Source: an uncultured Candidatus Saccharibacteria bacterium
GTDB taxonomy: Bacteria > Patescibacteriota > UBA1384 > XYA2-FULL-43-10
Assembly: GCA_964389035.1 (NCBI GenBank)
Contig: CAYMCH010000002.1
Coordinates: 1-41,433, forward strand
Length of the DNA stretch: 41,433 nucleotides
Direction: 5' to 3'
Numbering within the stretch: the stretch's first letter is position 1; each line of letters starts with the position of its first letter. Below, piece after piece: positions 5,448 through 16,336 of the stretch. The notes below the pieces were generated by a model, which saw only the letters and a list, made by a program, of their open reading frames with translations, searched no databases and was not told the DNA's origin. The translations under genes were made by a program, and so were the position numbers.

Positions 5448-8105
5448 ATGGCTAAGAAATATAATTTCAAAAAAATAGAGGTCAAATGGCAAGAGATTTG
5501 GGAGAAATCAAATGTTGGTAAAGCAAGAGATTTTGACCAAAAGCCGAAACATTATAATCTTATCGAATTCCCCTACCCTTCCGGTAGCGGCTTGCATGTA
5601 GGTCATTGTATGGGATTTGGTGCTAGCGATGCCTATTGCCGTATGAAACGTATGCAGGGCTACAATGTGCTGTTCCCTGTTGGCTGGGATGCCTTTGGTC
5701 TGCCAACAGAAAATTATGCTATAAAAACAGGAGTTCATCCTAGATTAGCTACTGAGCAAAACATCGCTAATTTTCGCCGTCAGATGAAATCGCTGGGCTT
5801 TGCTTTCGATTATGATCGCGAAGTAGATACTACTGATCCTGACTATTATAAGTGGACACAATGGATATTTTTACAATTTTATAAACATGCTGTAGTTGAT
5901 GGAAAATTAGTTAAGGTTGCCGATGACGATACAACTACCCCCCGACTCGCTTATCAGGCGGAGATGCCGATAAATTGGTGCCCGTCATGCAAAATTGGCT
6001 TGGCCAATGAAGAAGTAATCAACGGCAAGTGCGAGCGTTGTGGCGAAACAACCGAAAAACGTATGCAGAAGCAATGGATGTTACGTATTACGGCTTATGC
6101 TGACAGATTAATTGATGATTTGAATACGGTTGATTATCTCCCCAAGATCAAAACACAGCAGACAAATTGGATTGGACGATCAACAGGAACTAATGTAAAA
6201 TTCGAAATCCGAATGTCGAAATCCGAAACAAATACGAATGAAAAACAACCAAATCAAAAAGAATACATTGAAGTTTTTACTACGAGGGCGGATACTTTAT
6301 TTGGTTGTACTTATCTTGTATTGTCTCCAGAACATTCTTTGATAAAAAATCTTGGTTATCATATTCAAAATTTTGAAGAAGTTCAAAAATATATTAGTTC
6401 AGCTAAGAAGAAATCTGATTTAGAGCGCACGGAATTGCAGAAGGAAAAGACTGGAGTAAAATTATTTGGAATCTATGCGATAAATCCAATAAATAATGAA
6501 GAAATTGATATATATGTTGCCGATTACGTTTTGACGAATTATGGTACAGGTGCGGTGATGGCAGTACCGGCTCATGATGAGCGCGATTTTGAGTTTGCTA
6601 AAAAATATAAAATTCCAATAAAGTGGGTAATCAAGCCATCTACAACATCTGATATGGCTATTACCCAAAAAATTGACGATACTGGGACAGACAAAGTAGT
6701 TGGTGATGCAGTGGCTTATTTCTCTAAGTCAGAACCAGTAAATGATGGGTTTAACAGAAAAATTGACCGCATCTCTTATGGAATCTCTGAGTCAGCATAT
6801 ACTAGAAAGGGTACTTTGTTTAATTCCGCAGTTTTCAATGGTTTAACCTCAGAACAAGCTATAACCAAAATAACAGAAAAACTAAAAGAACTTGTGGCAG
6901 GAGATTATGCTGTTAATTACAAATTACGTGATTGGATATTTAGCAGACAACATTATTGGGGAGAGCCGATACCAATAATTCATTGTAGTAAATGTGGTAC
7001 ATTGCCAGTGGCTGAAAATCAGTTGCCAATTAAGTTGCCCAATGTTGAAAGATATGAGCCAACTGATACAGGAGAGTCTCCTTTAGCAACAATATCTGAT
7101 TGGGTAAACATTAAATGTCCTATATGTGGCGGTAATGCTAAGAGAGAAACAGATACCATGCCAAATTGGGCAGGATCTAGTTGGTATTTCTTGGCTTATG
7201 CGATGAAAAATATTAAAAATAAAAAATCAAATATAAAAAATATATTTGAATCAGATAAAGCTGAAATTAAATATTGGATGCCGGTGGATTTGTACAATGG
7301 CGGTATGGAACATACTACTTTGCATTTATTATATTCGAGATTTTGGCATAAGTTTTTGTATGATATGAAAGTTGTACCTACCAGTGAACCTTATGCCAAG
7401 CGCATAGCACATGGAATTATTTTAGGTACGGATAATCAAAAAATGAGTAAATCTAAAGGAAATGTTATAAATCCCGATGATATTGCTAAAGAATACGGGG
7501 CTGATTCATTGCGTGCTTATGTTATGTTTATTGGACCATACGATCAGGAATCAGCATGGAATATGAATGGCATTGCTGGAGTATATAGATTTCTTAATCG
7601 TGTCTGGCATAACGCCAATAAAGCAAAAAATATTGAGATAGATGAAGATCTTTTGGTTCCATTAAATAAATTAATCAAAAAATGCACAGAAGATATAGAA
7701 AATTATTCTTTAAATACTTATATTGCAGGTTTAATGGAATTCAATAATTTATTAAGCCAGAAAGATAAAATATCAAAAAACCTGTTGAAAATTTATTTAC
7801 AGCTACTCTCCCCTGCTTGTCCACATATTGCTGAAGAGTTATGGAAAGAAACTGAAGGCACAGAATCAATATTTTTATCTGCATGGCCGAAATACGATGA
7901 AAAATATTTAATCGAAAATAAAATTGAAATTGTAATTCAAATAAACGGTAAAGTGAGACAAAAATTATCTGTTCATTGTGATATAACTGACGATAAATTA
8001 AGATTATTAGCGATGGAAGATGCTAAAATTAAAGAATTAATTTCAAACAAAGAAATCAAAAAAGTAATCGTTGTTCCCAAAAAATTAGTTAGTATTGTAT
8101 TGTAA
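5448..8105 (+). CDS. leuS: leucyl-tRNA synthetase
   Basis: 885 aa. HIGH-type motif (PSGSGLHVGH), KMSKS motif (QKMSKSKGN), CP1 editing-domain motifs (TTRADTLFG, AVPAHDERDFEFA), and zinc-binding Cys pairs. Confidence 0.97.
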   Translation: MAKKYNFKKIEVKWQEIWEKSNVGKARDFDQKPKHYNLIEFPYPSGSGLHVGHCMGFGASDAYCRMKRMQGYNVLFPVGWDAFGLPTENYAIKTGVHPRLATEQNIANFRRQMKSLGFAFDYDREVDTTDPDYYKWTQWIFLQFYKHAVVDGKLVKVADDDTTTPRLAYQAEMPINWCPSCKIGLANEEVINGKCERCGETTEKRMQKQWMLRITAYADRLIDDLNTVDYLPKIKTQQTNWIGRSTGTNVKFEIRMSKSETNTNEKQPNQKEYIEVFTTRADTLFGCTYLVLSPEHSLIKNLGYHIQNFEEVQKYISSAKKKSDLERTELQKEKTGVKLFGIYAINPINNEEIDIYVADYVLTNYGTGAVMAVPAHDERDFEFAKKYKIPIKWVIKPSTTSDMAITQKIDDTGTDKVVGDAVAYFSKSEPVNDGFNRKIDRISYGISESAYTRKGTLFNSAVFNGLTSEQAITKITEKLKELVAGDYAVNYKLRDWIFSRQHYWGEPIPIIHCSKCGTLPVAENQLPIKLPNVERYEPTDTGESPLATISDWVNIKCPICGGNAKRETDTMPNWAGSSWYFLAYAMKNIKNKKSNIKNIFESDKAEIKYWMPVDLYNGGMEHTTLHLLYSRFWHKFLYDMKVVPTSEPYAKRIAHGIILGTDNQKMSKSKGNVINPDDIAKEYGADSLRAYVMFIGPYDQESAWNMNGIAGVYRFLNRVWHNANKAKNIEIDEDLLVPLNKLIKKCTEDIENYSLNTYIAGLMEFNNLLSQKDKISKNLLKIYLQLLSPACPHIAEELWKETEGTESIFLSAWPKYDEKYLIENKIEIVIQINGKVRQKLSVHCDITDDKLRLLAMEDAKIKELISNKEIKKVIVVPKKLVSIVL

Positions 8106-8171
8106 CTATTGCGTATTTGATTAAAATGTGTAATAATGTCATAGTAATAATCAGTAAAATATATATAAATT

Positions 8172-8381
8172 ATGGCAGAACCAAAGAAACGAACAAATAG
8201 ATCTAAGCGTAATATGCGTCGCATGCACGATAAGACTTCATTGCCTTCTTTAATTTATTGTCCCGAGTGTCATGCAGCCATGTTGAAACATCATGTGTGT
8301 AATGAATGTGGGAGTTATAAAGGTCAAAAAGTTATTGCAAAAGAAGAAGTTGTTAAAATAAAAGCTGAAGAAAAAGAATAG
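8172..8381 (+). CDS. rpmF: 50S ribosomal protein L32
   Basis: MAEPKKRTNRSKRNMRRMH N-terminus, with the CPEC...CNEC zinc form. Confidence 0.9.
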   Translation: MAEPKKRTNRSKRNMRRMHDKTSLPSLIYCPECHAAMLKHHVCNECGSYKGQKVIAKEEVVKIKAEEKE

Positions 8382-8385
8382 AATT

Positions 8386-8805
8386 ATGAATCGACATCTT
8401 TCAAGAATAATAATCATGCAAACTTTATTTGAGCATGATTTTAGAGATAATTCAGAAATTGAAGTCATAAGAGATCGCAATCTCGATGAATATAAAAATA
8501 AGGCAGACGTTGATTTTGTGTGCAAAAGTGTAGATGGTGTATTAAGAGATAAAGAGATGCTCGATCAAATGATTGCTGATTCTGCACCCGAATGGCCGTT
8601 GGATCAAATCTCCAACGTCGACAAATCCACATTGGAGCTGGCAATATTCGAAATGCTTAATTATAAAGATACTCCTTATAAAGTAATAATAAATGAGGCT
8701 GTCGAATTAGCTAAACAATTTGGCGGAGAATCATCATCAAAATTTGTAAATGGTGTTCTTGGTACAGTCTTTAATAAGATAAGTAAAACAAATGACAATA
8801 AATGA
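8386..8805 (+). CDS. nusB: transcription antitermination factor NusB
   Basis: 139 aa. RIIIMQTLFEHDF and the C-terminal INEAVELAKQFGGESSSKFVNGVLG signature. Confidence 0.88.
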   Translation: MNRHLSRIIIMQTLFEHDFRDNSEIEVIRDRNLDEYKNKADVDFVCKSVDGVLRDKEMLDQMIADSAPEWPLDQISNVDKSTLELAIFEMLNYKDTPYKVIINEAVELAKQFGGESSSKFVNGVLGTVFNKISKTNDNK

Positions 8806-9493
8806 TTTTGAAAATCAAATAGGAATTGAATTTTCCAATAAAAGTTTAATTGAAACAGTTTTTACGCATCGGTCTTATCTCAATGAGCATCGGTCTCTGG
8901 ATATTGAACATAATGAAAGATTGGAATTTCTTGGAGACGCTGTTCTTGAATTGTGTGCAACACAATATCTTTATTGTACATTTCCAGATAAAGCTGAGGG
9001 AGAAATGACTAATTGGAGGAGTGCGTTGGTAAAGGGAGAATCGTTATCTGCTGAAGCGAAAAGACTAGGCATGAATGATTTACTAAAAACATCTAGAGGT
9101 GAATCTAAAAATACTGGTAAAGCAAGAGATCTGCTTTTAGCAAATGCTCTCGAAGCATTAATAGGTGCAATCTATTTAGATAAAGATTATAAAACTGCTT
9201 ATGAATTTATTGAGAAAAATGTGTTATATAAACTTCCAGACATTTTAAAACAAGGCTCTTATTACGATTCAAAAAGCAAATTCCAAGAGATGTCACAGGA
9301 ATCTTTAGGCATTACTCCTACTTATGAAATGATCTCAGAATCTGGTCCTGATCATTCTAAAATATTTGTCATGGGGGCTTATCTTGGAGATAAAAAAGTT
9401 GGTGAAGGTGAAGGACCATCTAAGCAAAGAGCCCAATCAGAAGCTGCGAAAAATGCATTACAAAACTGGGACAATATAATACACAAAAAATAA
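8792..9493 (+). CDS. rnc: ribonuclease III
   Basis: FTHRSYLNE...NERLEFLGDAVLEL catalytic signature, plus a C-terminal dsRBD (SKQRAQSEAAKNAL). Confidence 0.95.
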   Translation: MTINDFENQIGIEFSNKSLIETVFTHRSYLNEHRSLDIEHNERLEFLGDAVLELCATQYLYCTFPDKAEGEMTNWRSALVKGESLSAEAKRLGMNDLLKTSRGESKNTGKARDLLLANALEALIGAIYLDKDYKTAYEFIEKNVLYKLPDILKQGSYYDSKSKFQEMSQESLGITPTYEMISESGPDHSKIFVMGAYLGDKKVGEGEGPSKQRAQSEAAKNALQNWDNIIHKK

Positions 9494-9520
9494 TCTAATA
9501 TGTTTTTGGATAATTTTAAG

Positions 9521-10477
9521 TTATTCCCACTTGATATTAGACCAACCCCAATCTTGCAGTTTTCGAGATTCATCAGCCGATGCAGATGGTGTGTCTGCGT
9601 AAGTGCTTAGAATAATCCCAATTAGTGTATGCCCTTCTCTTTCAACCGCAGACACTAAACAATGACCGGCTTCAGGCATATAACCAGTTTTTACACCAAT
9701 GGCACCTATATATTTATACTCATTGACTAAACGATTGGAATTATCAAGCTGATGATAAATAGTGCCGTCGATATTTTTGGCTACATATTTTGATAAAGAA
9801 GTAATTTTAGAAAAAGTATCATTTTTTAAAGCAATTCTCGTAAGAGTAAATAAATCTTTGGCAGTAGAATATCCACTTACATCTAAACCGGCAGGGTCTT
9901 TATAAAAAGTGTTTGTCATGCCCAATTCACTAGCTTTTTTATTCATAGCCATTAAGAATTGTTCGATTCCTTGATTATTAGACATATGTTCTGCTAAGGC
10001 ATAGGCTGCGTCATTCCCTGATTTGATTAACAAACAATGTAGTAACTCACTAACTGTAATTTTTTCTCCAGTTCTAAGAAAAACATCTGCTCCAATTTGA
10101 TTGCTGGCTGTTTCTGAAACATTAACAATCTCGTCGAGTTTATAATTTTCAAGAACAAGTAAAGCTGTCATAATCTTGGTAGTAGAGGCTATCGGTACTT
10201 TTTCATTTTCTTGATATCTTAGTAAGGTTTTCCCACTATCGTAATCACCTAACAAATAATAACGACTCTGTATGTCGGGTTTAATAGAAAATGGAATTAT
10301 TTTTGGAGAAGGTAAAATTTCTGGAAAACCGATAGAATCGATACCGACTGAAGCAACAACCTTTGAATTGTTGCCAGTTTCCAATTTGGCTATAGCTTGG
10401 TCATACTTATTAGATAAACCAGACATTCCGACAACATTAAAAAATATCGACAATAATATCAATGGTTTTTCAATCAT
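9521..10477 (-). CDS. D-alanyl-D-alanine carboxypeptidase (peptidase S11, low-MW PBP)
   Basis: N-terminal signal/anchor. SxxK (ASTTKIMT), SxN (SGND) and KTG (VKTGY) motifs in the canonical order. Confidence 0.88.
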   Translation of the reverse strand: MIEKPLILLSIFFNVVGMSGLSNKYDQAIAKLETGNNSKVVASVGIDSIGFPEILPSPKIIPFSIKPDIQSRYYLLGDYDSGKTLLRYQENEKVPIASTTKIMTALLVLENYKLDEIVNVSETASNQIGADVFLRTGEKITVSELLHCLLIKSGNDAAYALAEHMSNNQGIEQFLMAMNKKASELGMTNTFYKDPAGLDVSGYSTAKDLFTLTRIALKNDTFSKITSLSKYVAKNIDGTIYHQLDNSNRLVNEYKYIGAIGVKTGYMPEAGHCLVSAVEREGHTLIGIILSTYADTPSASADESRKLQDWGWSNIKWE

Positions 10478-11190
10478 AATATATCTTCAACTTTAATAGG
10501 TTTAAATTCTCCTGGTTTCAGGTTTAAATTGTAAATATCTAAATTGCCTATACCGATTCTAAGTAATTTATCAACAGACAAACCTATTTTACCACACATT
10601 TTTCTTATTTGTCGATTATATCCTGTGATTAACTCCAAATTTAAAGATATTTTTTTAGCATCGATCTTATGTATCTCTGTAACTTTATGCACTGTCATTG
10701 TTTTTCCATCAATTATTATGCCGTGTTCAAGCTGTTGTTTAATCCAATTAAGTGAATTTTTTTTAATAAAAGATGCAGTTATTTGATATGTTTTAATATG
10801 AGCTTTACTAGGGTGAATCAACTCATTGGTAAATTTGCCATCATTGGTCAGTATGATTAAACCTTCTGAATCAGCATCAAGGCGTCCTATGGGATAAATT
10901 CTTGATTTGCTTTTGACCAAATCTGTAACACTAGCTCTACCTTTTTCGTCATAAGCTGTAGAGACAACTCCTATGGGTTTATAAAGTGCCCAATATTCAT
11001 AAGAAATCTCATTCTTATTAATATTTTTTCCTTTAACTCTAATAACATCAGATTCAGGATCTACTTGATCACCATGCTTAGCAGTAAGATTATTAATTCT
11101 TACAGCTCCGCATTCAACCAACTCATCAGCTTTACGCCGTGAGCATATTCCCATATCAGCAATATATTTATTAATTCTTAACATAGTCAT
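10474..11190 (-). CDS. RsuA/RluB-family pseudouridine synthase
   Basis: N-terminal S4 domain (RINKYIADMGICSRRKADELV) and catalytic GRLDADSEGLIILTNDG. The start may be the second Met. Confidence 0.88.
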   Translation of the reverse strand: MTMLRINKYIADMGICSRRKADELVECGAVRINNLTAKHGDQVDPESDVIRVKGKNINKNEISYEYWALYKPIGVVSTAYDEKGRASVTDLVKSKSRIYPIGRLDADSEGLIILTNDGKFTNELIHPSKAHIKTYQITASFIKKNSLNWIKQQLEHGIIIDGKTMTVHKVTEIHKIDAKKISLNLELITGYNRQIRKMCGKIGLSVDKLLRIGIGNLDIYNLNLKPGEFKPIKVEDIL

Positions 11191-12496
11191 TTTTTCTAAA
11201 AGTTATTTTTATTAGGTATAAAATCATGAGCACGGTAATAATTAAAAGCGAAGAAAATATGCCTAGATATTTGCCGTTTTCGATAATATAATGAATATCA
11301 TAAGTGCTACTATAAATATAAAATCCTCTATTGTAAACAATTATTGGGAATGATAATAGTATTAAAAGTGAAATAATTGTGGCGATTGAGTGAGATATTA
11401 AAAAGTATTTATTGTTATTTTTTATTTTAGAAATCAGTTTAAATATAATATTGCCTATAAATAAAGGGGATAAAATAAATAATAATAAAGTAGTAAAAAA
11501 TCCAATAATTATATCAATCACATATTCTGGTTGCTTGTAAAAAGGCAAAGGGTAAACATTGTTATTGGTGTCATTTCGAATAATTAGATCATCAGTGATA
11601 GACGAAACATCATTGCTATATAACCTTGTTAAAAACATTTTTCCAGTTGGATTGAGCCATTTTTTTTCTGTAGCGTTATCAACTATAGATGAGATTTCAT
11701 CCTGTTTTAACCAATTTGCGTATGATAAAGTAAAGTCATTGGCAATTACTTTGTTATCTGATAACACATAGAGACTAGCGCTAATCGGCGAATACCAGTC
11801 CATATTATTTTCAGTTTTATATGCATTCTTTTGATGTTCATTGGCAAGATTTGTTAATTTCATTGGGTAGATTATGCGATCTGATGAAAAAGAGAATCTT
11901 AACGGTGTGATATTTCCGCTAGCTAAATTGCTAGCTACTTTTTCAGATTCGGTTAACTCTGGTCTTATTTTTGATATAACAAAATACCAATCATTGTCAG
12001 TATAATCTGATAAAAAATAACTTTGTTCTTCGGGGAAAGTGTATCTATTTTCTTTCATCCATTGCGATAAAACATTTTCGTTACTGGCTTTAAGGATGGT
12101 AGTGTCATATATATCAATATTTTTTCTTTCAATTATCTCAATAGTTGGCTCAATTGAATCATAAGCAGTATTAAAAGATTTTGTAGAGAATGACTGTGTG
12201 CCAGACTTTATCCTAGCAATATTATTTAAATTCTCAAATATTGATGCTGTAGATTTATTGACCTCTGGTTTGGAAGGTGTAGGTACTACCCATGTAAAAT
12301 CTTCTGAATTACCTTGATAACTGGTGGAAATTACTAAATCTTCAATGCCATTATGATAGTAAATAAAAGCTTTTTGGTCTTTTTCAAAAGTATAGTAGTC
12401 AGGAGGCACAAAAACTCCGCCATCTGCTTTGGCACAAGAAATACTTAAGATGCTAATAATAATTGCCAAAAAAATCGAAAGTAAAATTTTCCTCAT
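11171..12496 (-). CDS. secreted/membrane protein, DUF2330-like
   Basis: I place the start at the ATG at 12496, which has a GGAGGG SD. The track ORF starts earlier, at 12535. Signal peptide MRKILLSIFLAIIISILSISCAKA, then GGVFVPP...QKAFIYY...FTWVVPTPSKPEV resembling DUF2330, then about 4-5 C-terminal TM helices. Confidence 0.6.
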   Translation of the reverse strand: MRKILLSIFLAIIISILSISCAKADGGVFVPPDYYTFEKDQKAFIYYHNGIEDLVISTSYQGNSEDFTWVVPTPSKPEVNKSTASIFENLNNIARIKSGTQSFSTKSFNTAYDSIEPTIEIIERKNIDIYDTTILKASNENVLSQWMKENRYTFPEEQSYFLSDYTDNDWYFVISKIRPELTESEKVASNLASGNITPLRFSFSSDRIIYPMKLTNLANEHQKNAYKTENNMDWYSPISASLYVLSDNKVIANDFTLSYANWLKQDEISSIVDNATEKKWLNPTGKMFLTRLYSNDVSSITDDLIIRNDTNNNVYPLPFYKQPEYVIDIIIGFFTTLLLFILSPLFIGNIIFKLISKIKNNNKYFLISHSIATIISLLILLSFPIIVYNRGFYIYSSTYDIHYIIENGKYLGIFSSLLIITVLMILYLIKITFRKNDYVKN

Positions 12497-12575
12497 AATA
12501 CCCTCCTTTAATAAAAATATATAATAATATTTCAAAATAATATTAACATATTCGCAATAATAATTATCACTTTTT

Positions 12576-14009
12576 TTAGTCGTTTGTCTCCGTTTGTTTG
12601 CCTTTAAGTGCTTTGCCTTTGGCTTCTTTGGCTAATTCAATGTGAACTTCTTTGAGTTGAGATTCATTAATCGGTGATGGCGCACTCATCATAGGATCTC
12701 TAGCGTCGCCAGTTTTTGGAAAACAAATACTTTCGCGAATTGCTTCTTCGCCTGCCAAAATCATAACAACTCTATCAAGACCACTGGCAATACCACCATG
12801 AGGTGGAGCTCCATATTCAAAAGCCTCAAGCATATGACCAAATCGGCGTTTTATCTCGTCTTTGGGAATTTGCAGAATATTAAAAATCTTATTTTGAAGA
12901 TCCTTATTATGAATTCGAATTGAACCACCAAAAATTTCAAAACCATTGAGTGCGAGATCATATCCGTAAGAACGGACTTCTTCTGGTTTGGTATCTAATA
13001 AATTAATATCTTCTTTATTTGGTGAGGTAAAAAGATGATGAGTTGAAACCAATTTTTTATCTGTTTTGGAATACTTAAACATGGGGGCATCTATAATCCA
13101 TGCAAAAGCAAATTCTTTTTTGTTATTTTTGTTTTTGCGTAAGTCAGGTTTGTCAGTATTATATTTTTCCATAGACTCAGCGTAAGTAATACGAGGAAAA
13201 GGTTTTTGAGTAATTATAGCGTTTGGTACCAATTTTTCTATCATTTCAATCATCATTGGTTCGATAAGATCCCAAATATCTTCTTGGTTTACGAAGCTCA
13301 TTTCCATATCGAGTTGGGTAAATTCTGGTTGTCTGTCTCCTCTTTGGTCTTCGTCACGGAAACAGCGAACAATCTGAAAATATTTTTCGATGCCACCAAC
13401 CATTAACAGTTGTTTAAATTGCTGAGGGCTTTGTGGTAATACATAAAATTCTCCAGGATAAAGACGAGAAGGAACAATAAACTCTCTAGCACCTTCTGGA
13501 GTAGATTTAGTCAGATACGGCGTTTCTATTTCTCGAAAATCACGTGCCCAGAGATACTCTCTGATAAACCGGACAATCTCGTGTCTTAAATTGATTATCT
13601 TGTTAACTCGATTGCTACGGATGTCTAAATAGCGATACTTTAGTCGTAGCTCTTCATCTACACCTTTAGTGTCTTTATCTATCTCAAATGGTGGAGTTTT
13701 GGCTGAATTGAGTATTTCAATATCAATGGCTTCCATCTCTATTTTTCCCGTAAGTACATCTTTATTAACCATTTTATCGGGTCTTTTGTTAATTTTGCCT
13801 TCAATGCTAAGTACCCATTCAGGACGAACATTAGTAATTTTATCATAAGCTTTTGAACCAGGGACGAATACTATTTGCAGTAATCCTGTTCTGTCGCGTA
13901 AATCAATAAACACAATTTTACCATGATCTCTACGGCTATGTACCCAGCCGGAGACTGTAACGATTTCGTTGATCTTGTTTATTGTTTCTTTATTCAAAAT
14001 TCTTTTCAT
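12576..14009 (-). CDS. aspS: aspartyl-tRNA synthetase, bacterial type without GAD insertion
   Basis: OB-fold GWVHSRRDHGKIVFIDLRDRTG. Motif 2 is FRDEDQRGDRQPEFTQLDMEMSF. Motif 3 is GGIASGLDRVVM. ATG at 14009 is preferred over the TTG at 14036. Confidence 0.92.
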   Translation of the reverse strand: MKRILNKETINKINEIVTVSGWVHSRRDHGKIVFIDLRDRTGLLQIVFVPGSKAYDKITNVRPEWVLSIEGKINKRPDKMVNKDVLTGKIEMEAIDIEILNSAKTPPFEIDKDTKGVDEELRLKYRYLDIRSNRVNKIINLRHEIVRFIREYLWARDFREIETPYLTKSTPEGAREFIVPSRLYPGEFYVLPQSPQQFKQLLMVGGIEKYFQIVRCFRDEDQRGDRQPEFTQLDMEMSFVNQEDIWDLIEPMMIEMIEKLVPNAIITQKPFPRITYAESMEKYNTDKPDLRKNKNNKKEFAFAWIIDAPMFKYSKTDKKLVSTHHLFTSPNKEDINLLDTKPEEVRSYGYDLALNGFEIFGGSIRIHNKDLQNKIFNILQIPKDEIKRRFGHMLEAFEYGAPPHGGIASGLDRVVMILAGEEAIRESICFPKTGDARDPMMSAPSPINESQLKEVHIELAKEAKGKALKGKQTETND

Positions 14010-14057
14010 AGTACCTTGTGTTAAATTAAATATCAAAGTTTTATAATATAATAAAAA

Positions 14058-16322
14058 TTATTGATCTCTGAGCTTGGCTTTGTGTTTTTTACAAACTAAT
14101 GAAGTGATAAGCTCGATAATATGGTTAGCTTCATTATCTTTAAGCGTATGATCATTCGCTTGCAAATAAATGTGATAAGCCAAATTTTTCTTATTAATAC
14201 CGAATTTGTCTGATGAGAATTCATCAAATAATTCTACATAACATATCAAATTAGATGAATTATATATATCTTCTATAACATCTTCAGACTTAACATTATT
14301 ATCAATAATAAAAGCTAGGTCTCGGTTGACCGAAGGATATTTCGAGATTGGTCTATAGACAATCTCTTTATGCGATGTTTTTAAATTTAATTTAGTTTCA
14401 TCAATATTCATAACTTTAGTAATACTAGTAAGGTCGATTTCAATGATATAAACAAAAGGCTTTTTAATTTTAAAATTTTTTAATTCATCTCGCGATAATT
14501 CTTTATAACTATATACTACTTTGTCTAGTTCAAATATTTCCTTAATTTTGGAAATAGCTTTGTCTAAATGCTTTTTAGCATTATTTCCTGATGTTGCTAT
14601 GCATAATTTAGAAATCTCGCTATCTTCAGTAAATACATTGCCAATTTCAAATAATAGCACTGGGTCAAAAGTTGGATTTTTTGCTATGGCAGTAAGCGTG
14701 CCAGGAATTAATGATTTACGTAAATATTTATTTTCTGGAGAAACTGGATTAGCAACTTCTAATAAATCTTTTGCCGAGATTTGTGCTACGGTTAAATCTT
14801 TTTCTGACATAAAAGCATAACTGTAATTTTCAGAAAATCCCATATTAACTAAAATGTCTTTTAAGTATTCTTTATAAAAATATGATGATTTGTGATAATT
14901 ATTACTTTTTTTGAGTGGTTGTAATTTTACTGAATCGAGACCATATAATCTTACGACTTCTTCAGCTAGATCTTGCCAAATAGCAATGTCATGTCGCCAT
15001 GATGGAACCTCTATAGTATTATCATGTGCCTTAAAACCTAAATGGTTCAGATATTGCTTAATGACTTCATCACTAATTGATGTTCCAAGTAAATTATTAA
15101 TATTTTTTGAGCAATATTCAATATTATTTTTATCAAAATTTGTAGTATTTTTTACAATACCATTTAAAATGTTACCACCTGTCATCTCTTTGATCATTTT
15201 AGATGCTTTATTTAATGCATATTCAATTATATTTGCATCTATATTTCTTTCAAAACGGTAACTAGCATCAGTAGATATACCTAGTTTTTTTGAAGATTTT
15301 CTTATAGAAATAGAATCAAATTGAGCAGCTTCAACAACAACATCACAAGTTGCTTCATCTATGCAAGAATTAACTCCACCAATAATGCCAGCTATAGCAA
15401 TAGCTTTCTCTCTATCAGAAATTACTAATGTATTGGAGGGTAAATTGTATGTTTGTCCGTCTAGTGCTGTTATTTTTTCGTCTTTTTTGGCGTTTCTTAC
15501 AATAATTTCCTTACCGGCAATTTTTGAGGCATCAAAGGCGTGAAGTGGTTGACCTAAATCAAGCATAATATAATTCGTAGCATCTACAACATTATTTACT
15601 GGTGAAATGCCACATAACTTGAGTTGTTTTTGCAGCCAATCTGGTGATGGTGCTATTTTTACATTCTTAATTATTCTAGCATAATAATTTGGGCATAACT
15701 TACTATTATTGATTGATAATTTGAGATTATCAGAGGTTCTCTCTGATATCATGTCTAAGGATATAGGATTTTTGGATAAATTTTTATTTAAACAAGCAGA
15801 TATTTCTCGTGCTATACCAAAATGCGACAAGCAGTCTCCTCTATTGGGTGTAATTTCTAGGTCCATAATCAAATCGGAGCCAAAATATTTGAGAATAGGA
15901 GCACCTAACTGGCAATTGTTATCTAAAATTTTAATTCCGTTATGATCTTTGCCTAACCCAAGTTCTTTTTCAGAACATAACATACCAAATGAGGTTGTGC
16001 CTCGAATAACTGCTTTTTTTATAATTAAATCTCCAATTTTGGCACCAATCTTTGCCAAAGGTACAATTTGACCGATTTTAATGTTTGGTGCACCACAAAC
16101 CACTGAGTACTCTGATTTGCCATCATATACTGTAGCAATCTGTAGTTTATTAGCGTTAGGATGACTAACAATATTGATAATTTTCGCAACGACAATTTTA
16201 TCGTCGAGTGTATGGTAATATGAATCAACAAGAGTACCTGACTGCGTTAGAGTATTCATTAATTCATTATCGGTTAATGTTGTTTGGATATATTTTTCAA
16301 GCCAAGTTCTTAGTACTAGCAT
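14058..16322 (-). CDS. pheT: phenylalanyl-tRNA synthetase beta subunit
   Basis: 754 aa. N-terminal tRNA-binding OB domain (VVAKIINIVSHPNANKLQIATV), B3/4 and B5 regions, and a C-terminal FDX-ACB-like domain. Sits directly downstream of pheS. Confidence 0.93.
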   Translation of the reverse strand: MLVLRTWLEKYIQTTLTDNELMNTLTQSGTLVDSYYHTLDDKIVVAKIINIVSHPNANKLQIATVYDGKSEYSVVCGAPNIKIGQIVPLAKIGAKIGDLIIKKAVIRGTTSFGMLCSEKELGLGKDHNGIKILDNNCQLGAPILKYFGSDLIMDLEITPNRGDCLSHFGIAREISACLNKNLSKNPISLDMISERTSDNLKLSINNSKLCPNYYARIIKNVKIAPSPDWLQKQLKLCGISPVNNVVDATNYIMLDLGQPLHAFDASKIAGKEIIVRNAKKDEKITALDGQTYNLPSNTLVISDREKAIAIAGIIGGVNSCIDEATCDVVVEAAQFDSISIRKSSKKLGISTDASYRFERNIDANIIEYALNKASKMIKEMTGGNILNGIVKNTTNFDKNNIEYCSKNINNLLGTSISDEVIKQYLNHLGFKAHDNTIEVPSWRHDIAIWQDLAEEVVRLYGLDSVKLQPLKKSNNYHKSSYFYKEYLKDILVNMGFSENYSYAFMSEKDLTVAQISAKDLLEVANPVSPENKYLRKSLIPGTLTAIAKNPTFDPVLLFEIGNVFTEDSEISKLCIATSGNNAKKHLDKAISKIKEIFELDKVVYSYKELSRDELKNFKIKKPFVYIIEIDLTSITKVMNIDETKLNLKTSHKEIVYRPISKYPSVNRDLAFIIDNNVKSEDVIEDIYNSSNLICYVELFDEFSSDKFGINKKNLAYHIYLQANDHTLKDNEANHIIELITSLVCKKHKAKLRDQ

Positions 16323-16336
16323 AATAGCCTACTATT

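Noticed and set aside
14521-15945. Antisense ORFs of 60-116 aa inside pheT, and the same pattern throughout the window (for example 809-2102, 10272-10786, 18049-19807, 24843-25842, 26473-28595, 31601-33195).
   Set aside because: They lie opposite or out of frame within confidently identified conserved genes. They have Phe/Leu/Ile/Ser-rich low-complexity translations typical of AT-rich antisense frames and lack SD sequences.
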